From positions 1 through 64,000 of the forward strand of contig NW_027365894.1 of assembly GCF_046119375.1 (NCBI RefSeq): a DNA stretch of 64,000 nucleotides, given 5' to 3'. The notes beneath the pieces are model-generated. The model did no database searches. It had not been told where the DNA came from and saw only the letters and a program-made list of their open reading frames with translations. Position 1 is the first letter of the stretch. The number at the start of each line of letters is the position of its first letter. The position numbers and the translations under genes were made by a program. Shown here piece after piece: positions 24,189-36,400 of the stretch. This DNA is from Phyllobates terribilis. Taxonomy: Eukaryota.

Positions 24189-24331
24189 TGCTATGATATG
24201 AGAGAGTAAGAGATGAGAGAAGAGACTTGACTTCTTATTAGGTCACCAATAAGAGCCTTATATAGAGGTTACAAGGAGAATCTAGGGTTTCTAGAATGTA
24301 TATCCATAATATAATATAATATAATATAACA
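24189..24331 (-). repeat. Bianca 5' LTR (143 bp)
   Basis: Near-identical to 17717-17864 and followed on the minus strand by CGTTATCAGCAC. Confidence 0.97.
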
Positions 24332-24736
24332 CTCAGTTATTTTTTTCGTTTTGTAAGATTATCTATAATGATAAATATGTTTTTCTTTTCTGTTTAGAAA
24401 TAGTTAATCAGTGTAGCTTTATACAAAAAAATGCTTTGATTATTTACCATTCCATCTGTTTTTGAATTTTATTCATGATTTCATTTTGCTACTACAATAT
24501 GTCATTTATTTCCCCAAAAAGAATGTGAAAGTGTTTTTATCAAAAAGGTATCGACAGAAAATGTACAATAAAAAGTTAAGAAAATTCTATTTGTTTATTT
24601 ATTTTGCTTAAAAAATAAAGGCGTAGTCTATAACCGAAAAGCACGATATTCTGAAATTTCTGTTGAACATAGAAGAGCGTGGAACAGCAACATGAGTCCT
24701 CTCTGTGCACTCATCTCTATTCTTCACTCTTTCCAA

Positions 24737-24743
24737 TATAAAA
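24737..24743 (+). promoter_or_regulatory. Putative TATA box of SS2
   Basis: TATAAAA followed by a pyrimidine-rich leader, ~300 bp upstream of the ATG. Confidence 0.5.
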
Positions 24744-25042
24744 TCTTCTCTGCCAATCTGCCATTACCATACCACACCATTCCCAGGTGAATCTTGATTT
24801 CTTCCCAATCAAACCAACAATTTCCATTGATCAGACAACAGAAATTCATCTCTTGTCCAGCAACGCAATTCCAAATTTGCTTCATGTCTAGTGGGTCCAG
24901 TCACAACAAGACCCACAGCCTGTTAATACCACCAAATCCCTAACAACAAACCAGGTTTCATACCAATTCTCTCACTCTTCCCCTTCCCTTCTGTGTGTAG
25001 ATGGTACTGGGTTTTCTGTGAGGCAAAACGTTGAACACATTG

Positions 25043-28000
25043 ATGGCGTCTCTAGGTTCTTTCTTGTTTCAACTCGATGGAGCCTCAGCCACGGAGGGAT
25101 CTTCTTCCGCAAGGTCTCCTGTTCTGGCGACGATTCGGCGAGGGAAGCCACTGGAATCACTAAGTTTTAGAAATTCGGGAAATGGGGGTTTAAGAGCTAT
25201 GAATGTAGCTAGCGAACGATCAGTTCGATTGTTTAGAAGAACAGGGAGTGGCTCTCAGATGATCGCACGGTTAAAGGCTGCCGGAAAAGATTCTGTTGGT
25301 GGTGATAAAGAGATCGATACGGAGGATTCTGTTCAAGAAATCATTCAGAAAGGGAAAAGGGTTTTGGCTGTTCAAAAGGAGCTTCTTGAAGAGGTATCGA
25401 ATGGTATTTCTATCTGAGTTTACAGTTCATTCTTTAATTCAGCATTAACTTGTGATTATCTTCTTGGATTCTTAGTTTCTGATAGAGAATATAAACAAAA
25501 CCAAGCTTCTGAAGGTCATCATGAATCATGAGTTATTACCAATATCGTGTTTGGTATTAGTAGTATTGCTGGTTTGGGTGTTTCTAATAGCGTACAACTA
25601 TTTTCAGATTGCTGAAAGGAGGAAACGTGTTGCTTCTATAAAGAGTGATATGAACAATCAAGAGAGCGGAAACTCTTCTATTATTTCCACCATTTCTGCT
25701 TCAAGCATTGAAGACTCGGTTGACAGTCGATTTTTGGATGAAGAATTTGTATTTGAATCTGCTCCTTCTATTCCTGTCAAGCTTCCTGAAACCCCAACTT
25801 CCAGTTTCAATGCTAATACACCACCTGAGCTGGTTGAAGTTAGTATGAATTCATCGCATCTGGGTTCAGTTGTAGGAGATGAAGTGATGAACACGACTCC
25901 AGATTCTCTGTCTATGGATTTTGACAGTTCTGAGCGTCTAATAAAGATTGATCATCTATCAACGTTCGAGAACTTACTTGGTAGTATGTATGAGCCTGCA
26001 CCTGTAGATGAGAATCCAGGCCCACTGGCTGGTGAAAATGTGATGAATATCATATTGGTTGCTGCAGAATGCTCTCCTTTTTCTAAAACTGGTATTATTC
26101 ATTACCTTTCAGGTAAAGTATATTTGTTTAATATACTATCAGCAGTTAAAAATGATGAGTTTTTTGTAGGTGGGCTTGGAGATGTGGCTGGATCTTTACC
26201 AAAGGCTTTGGCTCGCCGTGGACATAGGGTCATGGTAAGTGTTTGAGGATGCAGTTTTGAATACTCAAATTATCATTATGTATAAGTGTAAGTGATGACT
26301 TGTTTTTTATTACAAACTCCTTAGGTTGTGGTACCAAAATATGGAGATTATCATGAAGCTCAAAGAGTGGGAGAGTTAAGGAGGTACAAGGTGGCTGGCC
26401 AGGTAATTAGCTGAAGTTAGATTTGAACTATATTCTACTCAATGAAAGATGATAAGAAACGGTATAATATGTTCTGCAGGACATGGAAGTTGCGTATTTT
26501 CATTCCTATATCGATGGTGTTGATTTCGTGTTCATTGAAAGTGCAATGTTTCGCGGGATTGAGAGTAATATATATGGAGGAAGTAGACAGGTACACACAG
26601 ACTAATCTTTTAAACCCCCAATGAAATCTTTTTTAATTCATAATTCTTCAATATTTCTTACTTGATTAATCAACTTCACTTGGGACTCTTGTAATACATA
26701 TGCAGGATGTTTTCAAAAGAATGGTTTTGTTCTGCAAAGCTGCTATTGAGGTACGAGTTACATACCCAAATAATCACTCAGTTTTCATTGCATCATCATC
26801 TCATTTGGATCTTGATCATGATCTTGACCTTTCTGCAATTTAGTGTTCTCACATTGTTGTACTTTTTTGTTGGTCAATTTAGTGTGTTTTATACTTAATT
26901 CTAATTAATTTCAGGTCCCTTGGCATGTTCCTTGTGGAGGTATCGTCTATGGAGACGGAAACTTAGTGTTCATCGCAAATGACTGGCATACAGCTCTGTT
27001 ACCCGTGTATCTCAAGGCCTATTATCGTGACAACGGACTCATGACATATACAAGATCAGTCCTTGTCATCCATAACATTGCTCACCAGGTCCTTTTTCTC
27101 TTCAGATTCTCATTTTAACCATCAAAATTCATTCACAAATATTTGTCATTATAGAATTTTCAAGCCAATTTACATATAACTCATTGAACATTGTATGGAA
27201 CTTGGTTCATTCACAGGGCCGAGCACCGATGGACGATTTCCCCATCGCCGATCTCCCGGATCACTGGCGAGAAAACTTCCGATTCTACGACCCAGTCGGA
27301 GGCGAGCACTGCAACGTCTTCGCGGCGGGCTTAAAAGCCGCCGACCGAGTCGTTACAGTTAGCCACGGATACGCGTGGGAGCTCAAAACGCAAGAAGGCG
27401 GTTGGGGCCTCCACAACATCATCTCCGAGTGCGATTGGAAATTCCGAGGAATCGTCAACGGCGTCGACACAAACGAGTGGAGCCCGCAAACCGACATCCA
27501 TCTCCAATCCGACGGATACACGAACTACTCCCTCGAAACCCTCCGTTCGGGCAAGTCCCGTTGCAAATCCGCCCTCCAAGACGAACTCGGCCTACCCCGT
27601 CGCGACGACGTTTTAATGATCGGTTTCATCGGACGCCTAGACGGGCAAAAAGGCGTCGATATTATCGCGGACGCGATCCCGTGGATGATGAGCCAAGACG
27701 TTCAGTTAGTAATGCTCGGAACGGGTCGACCTGACCTCGAACAAATGTTGAAGCGGTTCGAGGGGCAATATAACGACAAGGCGCGAGGGTGGGTCGGGTT
27801 CTCGGTTAAAATGGCTCATCGGATAACCGCGGGGGTTGATATTTTGTTAATGCCGTCGAGGTTCGAGCCGTGCGGGTTGAACCAGCTTTACGCGATGAAT
27901 TACGGGACTATACCGGTTGTGCACGCGGTTGGTGGGTTAAGGGACACGGTTTTGCCGTTCGACCCGTTTAACGATACGGGTTTAGGGTGGACGTTCGATA

Positions 28001-28173
28001 GGGCCGAGTCGGGGAAGTTGATCGACGCGTTGGGAAACGTGTTGGTTACGTATAGAGAGTATAAAGAGAGTTGGGAAGGGATTCAGAGAAGAGGGATGAG
28101 TCAAGATTTTAGTTGGGATCATGCGGCTGAGATCTATGAGGAAGTTCTTGTTGCTGCTAAGTATCAATGGTGA
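25043..28173 (+). CDS. SS2: Soluble starch synthase II, plastidic (GT5); join(25043-25393,25608-26091,26170-26234,26325-26402,26480-26590,26706-26750,26915-27088,27217-28173), 754 aa
   Basis: All introns GT-AG and the frame is preserved (2265 nt). KTGGL motif across the exon 2/3 junction, [38 protein letters not shown]; C-terminus AAKYQW; N-terminal transit-peptide-like region. Confidence 0.96.
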
Positions 28174-28765
28174 TTAGAATAATGATGTATGTTCATATAG
28201 AATTGCCAGGGATTTGGACTTGAAGGTGTTTTTATGGATTTGTTCTTAATGTTTCAGTCATTACTGGTTTATTACTTGTTGAAGTTGTAGGTTAAGGCAA
28301 CAATGTCATATACATAATGTGAAACCAGTTCAAAAGAGATTGTACCGCTTGTTTATGCAAAGTGTACATTTAGATTATAAAAGACAAATACAAAGCTAAA
28401 TTCAATAGTGACTTATAACTCAAGGTGTAGTCCTTTTTCGATAGTGAGTTAAAACTGTAGTTCTCATGAAGATTTTCCAAATAGAATAATGTAACATTGT
28501 TGAGTACATTTTCTTTTTAAATCACTTGTTTTGATATTGATTAGGCTTTGCATCAGACTGACATATATTGATCCAAAATGTTCAACCAATATGTATGTTT
28601 TTGGTATGTGAATATCAGGAATGACTTGTTTTAGAAGAAGTTGAGTTATGAAAAAGCATTTTAACATTATCACGGATTTATTGTCTGGTTGAAAAACATT
28701 AACTTTCTAGATAATTTTAGTTCCTTTAAGACATCAAAATAAAAACATTTTATGTTATTCAAATG

Positions 28766-28803
28766 TTTTTTTTTTTTTTTTTTTTTGGGGGGGGGGGGGG
28801 GGG
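28766..28803. repeat. T21-G17 homopolymer tract
   Basis: Directly visible. Confidence 0.9.
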
Positions 28804-29095
28804 TTGGGTTCGATATTGTGAGTTACTATGTGATATTTTAACATTTTTTATGTTGCATGCATTATCTCTTTTTTGTCAATAATTTTAAGAGCTTTCTCTT
28901 ATTTTTGATGGATTCTAGTTTCTGGTTTGAGTTCATCGATTGCTTGATTCTTTCAGTCCTACGTGTTTGTTTAATGTTTTTTATTTATATTGTGTTGTAT
29001 ACACATATTTTTTACAAAAATATTTATTTCTTACCGTTTATACATACATTATAACGTGCATACATACGTTGTCGATAATTTGACTCAATTAATAG

Positions 29096-29595
29096 CGTTG
29101 GAGTCCGGGTAACTTCGTGTAGACAACACTCTACGCGAGGGCTTGGGATGCTTTGGAGATTGATGTGAATTAGTTTTCGTGTAGCTGATGATGATCTTCG
29201 TATATGTTGGAACTTCGAGTTGCTTTGAGCTTCGTGTTGTCTTTGGCTTCGTGTACCTGCATTTCAAACCCAGAGGAGGGAGACCTCTGGATTTGACTCT
29301 CCGACGCTCAAGTTAGATTTCATTCGTGAAAACATTCTATGCGAAATATAGTTAATATAAATTGTGTGAGCCAGGGAAGAAGAGAAAAGGAGAAGTGTTC
29401 GCGAAAGTATTATGATGATTGCGTTCTGTGTAAGGATGTATACGAAGTATAAAGGGGGAGCTCTCAAATTACTACTAATAGCCGACTAAACAGTCATTAG
29501 TCGTTTTCACCTTTTAATCCCATATTTATAGGCCTGAGCCTATATTGGGCCGAGCCTTCCTATATTCTTATGGGCCCTCCTTAGGGGGTCCAACA
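29096..29595 (-). repeat. Retand 3' LTR (500 bp)
   Basis: Roughly 90% identical by eye to the split 5' LTR; outer terminal TG mutated to CG on the + strand. Confidence 0.92.
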
Positions 29596-29946
29596 TCCAC
29601 CCCCCTAGGGTTTATATGTATCCACACGTAAAGCGTAGTTTCACGTTGGAACCCTTCACATTAACCTGAATGCGTATAAACATGGGTCCATGTCGGTTGC
29701 CACGTGTCTGCCTCTGGTTGGGGGGGCTTTTGACTCCTCGATTGTATTATAAAAATGGGGTCTGACGCACGACTCTTCACTTTCTTCACCACTCACCCCT
29801 TTTCTGCAGCGTTTTCTCTCTAATCGTCCATCTTCTCCGATGATCTTCTCCTGGTCCTACGTCTGTTCTGGTTGCGCTGGCTCGTTGTTGGCATCGCGGG
29901 TTTTCCGTCCAACCTCCTACATCCCCTGCTCGTATCTCCGGTCGCC

Positions 29947-32515
29947 ATGTCAGGTTAGTTTCTCCTCCCTGGTTTAACATCTTCTTCTTACTTTATCGTT
30001 TGCATTTCTTATTCCGGCATATGATTCCGGCGAGGATGAGGTGGGGTTGTTGAGGCGGGGGAGGAAAACACCGGGAGCGGGGGGGGGGGGGGGGATCCAT
30101 CCCTACCTTTTCCGGACACTTTAAGGGGGGGTTTGTCCCTCGTCCCCCGTTGCCGCCTATTTCTTTTCCGGGCGCTTGGTCTTCCCGCTGTCACATCACG
30201 ATTGTCTTTTCAAATCCTTCCCTGTCAAATCTTTGCTCCCGACGTTTCAATTTCTTCACGCCTTTCGAGACGTCAAACAGGACAATTCCCCTTTTACCCC
30301 CCGTCTTTTGGTCTTCTTTAATTAAAACAAGCATCCAAGTTTTTTCTCGGGATTGATAAATGTTCTTTTCACGGATGTTTTAGTTTTTCCTCAAATAACA
30401 TTTCACGAGAATATCTTATATTTATCAAGCTCCTGAGAACTAACTGATGCTTAATTTAGGTTCTAATTCTTCGGACACTTCGAGTTCTACATCCTCGTCT
30501 AACGCCTCCTCATCTAGTACTAATCATGATGTTGCCCATATACATGTTGCCTTTGTGCAAGGTGAACAAGCTTTAGCAGCCCTCAGACCAGGAAACTCCA
30601 CTCTCGCGAAGCCCCTTGTCGAAATCCCAGAGGGCTACAAAGGCACGTGTCCACCCGTGCAGATTTACACTGGACGCATCAAGGGCTATAGACCAAAAGA
30701 CTTGGGAAATGAATTCGCAGGGGAGCGCTCCATTCTAAATCTCGCAAAGCTTCATAAGATCGCTAGTCTATATCCCTTTTTGAAAGGCACCATCTTGGCG
30801 CTTCTCGAAGAACGATGCAAGATGGCGTTCAACTACAACGACTGGTTCGCGATTAGTAAGCAAGCGATGGAGGGTGCCTTTCGTCTTCCCCTTCTTCCGT
30901 GGGTTAAATGATACTTGGAGGGGAATCGTTTTAGTCCCACTCAACTCCATCCGATGTTCTGGCGGGCAGTCACGGTCTATACAATGCGATCCCAGGACAT
31001 TGGTGCAAGACCTTCAGCTTCATGTTTTAACTTCGTATACTCGCCAAAGAAAATTACAGGCAAAGAGGGTTTATATTCTATGCGTACATCGGTGGAATTG
31101 GCATGGAAAATGCCTACGAATGAGACAGTGTGGAAGAAGCAGTGGTTCTTGACCCGTCTTCCCCCAGAAGACTCCTTCGCGTACCAAATTTAAACGAGTT
31201 TATATTTTTTGAATATATTTGTGGATAAGGACATTAAACGCAAGTATCTCGAAAAATACACGCACTATCCTTCCTCTTCTCTAAGAGTTTTTGTTCGTGA
31301 AGTGACCCACAAACTTTGTGAAGAGAGGGGACTCAGCCCTCCTCATCCTCCTCCCGGTTATCTTCACTACTACTTATTTTCAAAAAAAGGTTTTTACTAT
31401 TGTCTAATGTTTATTGTTATTGCGCAGGTGCGAGTTATTTCTCCCTCCTGGATTCCTTGCCCAACGTGGGCGCTAGGCGCGGCAAGAGTAAAGCAGCAAG
31501 TGTGGAAAAGTCGGGCGATGCTGGAGTGGAATCCGAGGGTGTTGATGGTGCTCCTCGCGAACAGAGTCTTGCAACCGACTCTCAACCTCATCCCAAGCCA
31601 CCATCTGGCGGCGGTGCTTGGGTTTTGCACAACAGAAAGGAAACCGAGGGTCCGTCCCCCAAGAAAAAGGGTTCTCGAGCCAAAAAGGTTCGTGAAGTTT
31701 GATCAAGTTCAAAATGGGAAGGCCCTCCCGACGATGTGATTCATTCCATAGAGTTTGTTTCTGTATTAATGGTGCCCGATCTTCTTCCTCCTCTTCCCTC
31801 GGTTATCCAAGACGAATTGGACAATGGGGTTGTTTCTCGCGAGCAACTACTGCTTCTGGTGGGTTTTTGTACTTTCGCATCTAACCTTATAAATTTTTAT
31901 ACTAATTAACCCGTTATCCAGGCTAGGCAACTCATTTATAAGGCAGCCTCGCATGATTCGGATGAGGAAAACCACAGCGACGTCATAGAGTCCCTTCGCG
32001 AGGATATGAAGAAAGTTACGAAGGAGGCTGAAGAGGAGAGGAAGGATAGAATTCGCACTGAGGAAGAGTCTGCTTGTGTTTCTAAGGAGTTGGATATTCT
32101 GCGGGCCCAGCATGCTAAGGAGATTGCCGACCTGAAGGGCAAGAACGCGAGAGAGGTAAGGGACGCTCGTTTCCAGTCCATCCATGAATATGTAAGCGGT
32201 TATCACGGGGCTTACCGTGCCTCCTACGACGGCAGCTACCGCATCTCTCTCTACCATATCATGACCAAGGCTCAGCTAGAGAAAAATGGGATTACGGAGT
32301 TTGTGTTGGATAAGGATGATCGCATGGGATATGAGTCATTTCCTCCGCCATATATCCCTCCACCTGCGGGCACTTTTGTCGATGATGGTGAGGACCCCCT
32401 GGAAGCTTGGGACGTTCGCGCTTTTAACCTTGGTGATGGGGTGGTTCCTGAAAAGCCCAGTTCTTTCCCAACCCTGCTGATGTCTTCTTCGCGACACCGC
32501 CTCCTACACCGCTGA
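29947..32515 (+). pseudogene. Spliced antisense accessory gene of the Retand element; join(29947-29953,30460-31356,31428-31858,31922-32515): Ser-rich N-terminus, Transposase_28-like domain, NLS, coiled coil
   Basis: Three GT-AG introns with matching phases (1, 1, 0); TATA-like TATAAAAA at ~29747; QLHPMFW and WKKQWF motifs; PSPKKKGSRAKKVR; three in-frame stops (30909, 31191, 31700). Confidence 0.72.
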
Positions 32516-32986
32516 CCTCTCCAAATCATACTGAGTGAATCCTCTTAATCATGATGACTTGAGAATTTTTGTTTGCTTGTACTTTGGAAGTTTGTATTTG
32601 TATTTTGCTTTTGAATCTCAACTTGCTACACTCTACCCCCTTGCTTTTTCGTGTTCTTCACACGAAACAGTAAGTATGGATTTTGCTATGAATTGCATTA
32701 CCCTTTGGAATATAATATCTTTCCTTACATAGGTCCTTACAACTTTTGAAAAGAAATAATGCGGTTATTGTGATTATTTAGTCTATCTTGTCTCTGATAT
32801 ATCGCGTTGCTTGCATTCGTCTCATTAAGTTCTTCGTGTTATCCTGATTTTTGTTGTGAGTGCGACGTCTTCTTCTCTGTACGCGATGTTTCATTTGGTG
32901 AGGTTTTTGCAAAACATGCATTATTTTTTCGTGAACATGGAAAATTGGGAAGAATGTTTTACCTTTTACTTCTTTTCGATTGATTG

Positions 32987-33145
32987 TGCTCCTATTGGAG
33001 GCTTTTGCTTCACTCTCTCGTGAAGGCTTATCTGATAAATGCTCCTATTGGAGGCTTTTGCTTCACTCTCTAGTGAAGGCTTATCATATCAATTCTCCTG
33101 GGCCAGGGAGGCTTACTTGGCATTGCTCCTCATTGGAGGCTTATA
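32987..33145. repeat. 53-bp tandem repeat (2 full and 2 partial units) in the Retand 3' region
   Basis: TGCTCCTATTGGAGGCTTTTGCTTCACTCTCT.GTGAAGGCTTATC at 32987 and 33040. Confidence 0.85.
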
Positions 33146-33489
33146 AGGCTTTTAGAGTGCTTCGCATGAAGAAGGTTTTGTTATTCTGAGAACAAAGTTT
33201 ATTTTGTCAGAATTACCAAAGTGTTATATAAACGTGTGTTTTTTATGGTGGGTATACCGTACCTCAAAACTCGCGTAATGAATTATTCTAGAGTTAGCTT
33301 ATTCCTCCGTTTGACGGGGTTTTATTCAATTTCTGATAACGACTGTATAGTTAGTATTGTCGTTTCGCGATAACTTAGATTCGAATGTATTAGGTTAGAA
33401 GGTATACCTGACGGGTATGGCTTCAAGGATAATACCTCCGTAACCGCATCACGTTCCATGAGTTCGCGATGCGGTTACAGGTAAAGTCT

Positions 33490-36400
33490 TTTAGCCTATC
33501 TGCTCACAGGGCTACTTCGTCATCCACAATGTACGACCCCTCCCAGCTCGGGTCCAACTTACCGCCCTCGGTTTTGCACAGAACGAGATCACCCTTCGCG
33601 AAACCTCTTGCCTTAATAGACTTGTTATAATATTTAGCGACCCCGGCTTTGTAATTAGCGGCTCAAATAGTAGCCATGGCTCTGATTTCCTCGCGTAGCT
33701 GGAGTTCCATCTGCATTTTTTCACCGTTCGTGATGCTATCAAAGTGCATCATTCTATCGTTGGGGAAGAGATGTTCCACTGGGACGACTGCCTCTTTTCT
33801 GTAAGTCAACACGAATGGAGTTTCGCCCGTTGCCTTTTTACTGGTAGTACACCAGCGCCCTCCATTTCCATCGCACACCATCTAATCGTTTCTTCAGATC
33901 GGTGACTATACTTTTGTTCACAACCTCCACTTGGTCGTTGCAATGGGGGTGTGCTACCGACGCGAACTTGAGGCGAATGCCGAGGTCATCGCACCACTGT
34001 ACAAGCTTTGGAATGTTGAATTGCGACCCTCTATCTGTGACTATCTCCTGCGGTAATCCGTAACGACAAACAATGTTCTGCCAGAGAAATTTCTTAATAT
34101 TGGCTACGGTTGTATTCGCGAGCGGTATGGCCTCAATCCATTTTGTGAAGTAGTTTTTTGCTACGATGATGAACTCCAACTGTCCCAGTGATTTTGGCGA
34201 GAAAGGGCCTAGTAAATCCAAACCCCACACCGCGAAAGGGCAAGGACCGACCATGATCTGCATTTCTACCCCCGGCTGATGGGATGCCGGTGCATGACGC
34301 TGACATGCCTGACACTCGCGTGCATACTTAAGTGTGTCTTTTCTCATGGATAACCAGTAGTGTCCTTGGCGTAGGGCCTTGTACACCAGCGCCCTCCATC
34401 CGGCATGCATTCCACAAAGACCAGCATGCAGTTCTACGATCATATTTCTACCATCTTCTACCGATAGACACCGCAACTCCCTGCTCATGAACCCCCTTTT
34501 GTACAATTCGCCCTGGTTGATGTAGAAACGCGCGACCTGTACTTCTAGTTTGCGCCTCTCCCAAGGATTCTCCCGGGCAACATCGTCAACTAGATATTTC
34601 ATGATCGGACCGCGCCAGTCGTCAATGGCCATATCTATAGCCATTATTTCGAATAGTTGCCTTATAGCCCTTTCATTACTTCGTCGTGTCCATACGGGTT
34701 TAGAATCTCTACTTTCTTCCTTCAGCCTTAATCTTGATGTCATCTTCGCGAGATTGTCTGCTTCCTCATTCTTATCGCGAGGGATGATCGTGAGCAATAA
34801 TTATTTGAACAGAGAGAAGAGGGTCCCAGCCCTTGCGAGATATTTTGGAGGTTACCAATCTTGGCTTTGTATATTCCCTGCATCTGTTGTACGATTATCT
34901 CAGAATCGCAAAAACACTATACTCTCTCTACGGATATTGCTAACGTGATCTCCATCCCTGCTATCAACGCTTCATATTCAGCCTCATTGTTGGTCGCGGC
35001 AAAGTTCAAATTAATTGCATGCTTATGAACTGTCCCTTCTGGCGAGATGAGAGCTACGCCTGCCCCACAACCTTCTACGTTTACGACTCCGTCCATGTAT
35101 AACTACCATATCTTCTCATTAGTATCACTGATAGCTTCGCGAAAACTGGTCTCGGCAATAAAATCTGTTAATGCTTGTGCCTTGACGGCTGGCCTTGGTC
35201 TGTATTCAATGTCAAATTCGGACAACTCAATCACCCACTTCGTGAGTCTTCCGGAAGTCGTTGGCCTATGGAGGAGGCTGTATAAAGGGAGATTAGTTAA
35301 TACTTGGATGGTGTGGGCTTGGAAATAGGGTCTCAATCTACGCGATGCAACCACTAACGCAAAGACAACCTTTTTCTACTAGGGTGTAGTGCTCTTCAGT
35401 GGTGAGTAGTGCTTTGCTCACAAAATAGACAAGTTTCTCAGATTCGCGAGTTAATACTGCGCTTACTGCCTTCTCATTGGCTGAGATGTACAACTGTAGG
35501 CTCTCACCTGGGATGGGGGAAGATAGTGTTGGAAATTGGGTGAGGTGTTCTTTGAGCTTCGCGAACGCCTCTGAACAGTCATCTGTCCACCGGAATTTTT
35601 TTGGCCTCCTCAGCACATCGAAAAATGGCAGATTTCTTTCAGCGAGCTTTGCGCAGAATCTTCCCAAGTAGTTCACGGATCCGATGAATCTTTGAACTTT
35701 GTTGATACTTCGTGGCGGCTCCATATCAAGAAGCGCTTTGACCTTCGCGGGATTTACTTCGATCCCACGATTGCTGATCTGAAATCCCAGGAACTTTCCT
35801 TCCGTTACTCCAAATACACATTTCTTGGGATTCAGGCTCATCCCGTACTTACGCAAAGTATCAAACACCTCTAACAGATCGCTACATGATCTTCTTGTTT
35901 CTTGCTCTTAACGACGACATCGTCCACGTATGCCTCCACGGTTTCCCCCATCATTCCCCTGAAGATCTTATCCACGAGGTGCTGGAAAGTAGCCCCCGCG
36001 TTATTCAGCCCAAATGACATCACTTATAGCAGAAGGTGCCCTTGTCTGTGATGAAAGTCGTGTGTTCAGCGTCGGCGGGGTTCATGGGTACCTGGTTGTA
36101 CACTGAGTACGCGTCAAGAAAACTTAATGCCTCATGTCCAGCAGTGGAATCGACAAGCTGGTCGATGGCAGACAGCGGATAACTGTCTTTCGGGCAGGCA
36201 TTGTTCAAGTTTGTAAAATCTACGCACATGCACCATTTCCCGGTATCCTTCTTGGGTACCATTACAACGTTCGCGAACCATGTGGGATACTGAACGGGCT
36301 CCACAAATCCTTCCTTGAGGAGCTTCTCTAACTCCGTCCTCGCGGTTACGTTTTTAGGCCTTGCTTGTTTCCGTTTACGCTGTTGTTTTGGCACTGAGTC

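Larger units (their letters stand above)
17717..24331 (-). mobile_element. Complete Ty1/copia retrotransposon, Bianca lineage, young
   Basis: LTRs 17717-17864 and 24189-24331 differ by 2 substitutions and one AATAT unit. Perfect 5-bp TSD CTCAG (17712-17716, 24332-24336). Gag begins MTNLARLEFTALDVSGRNYLTW (Bianca-like). PPT AGGGGGAG at 17865-17872. Confidence 0.97.

Noticed and set aside
25521-26246. Membrane-anchored 241-aa protein from the ORF track
   Set aside because: The hydrophobic ends are translated SS2 intron sequence; the real exon is 25608-26091.
27285-27734. Overlapping ORFs within SS2 exon 8
   Set aside because: These are by-products of GC-rich codon usage and have no recognisable motifs.
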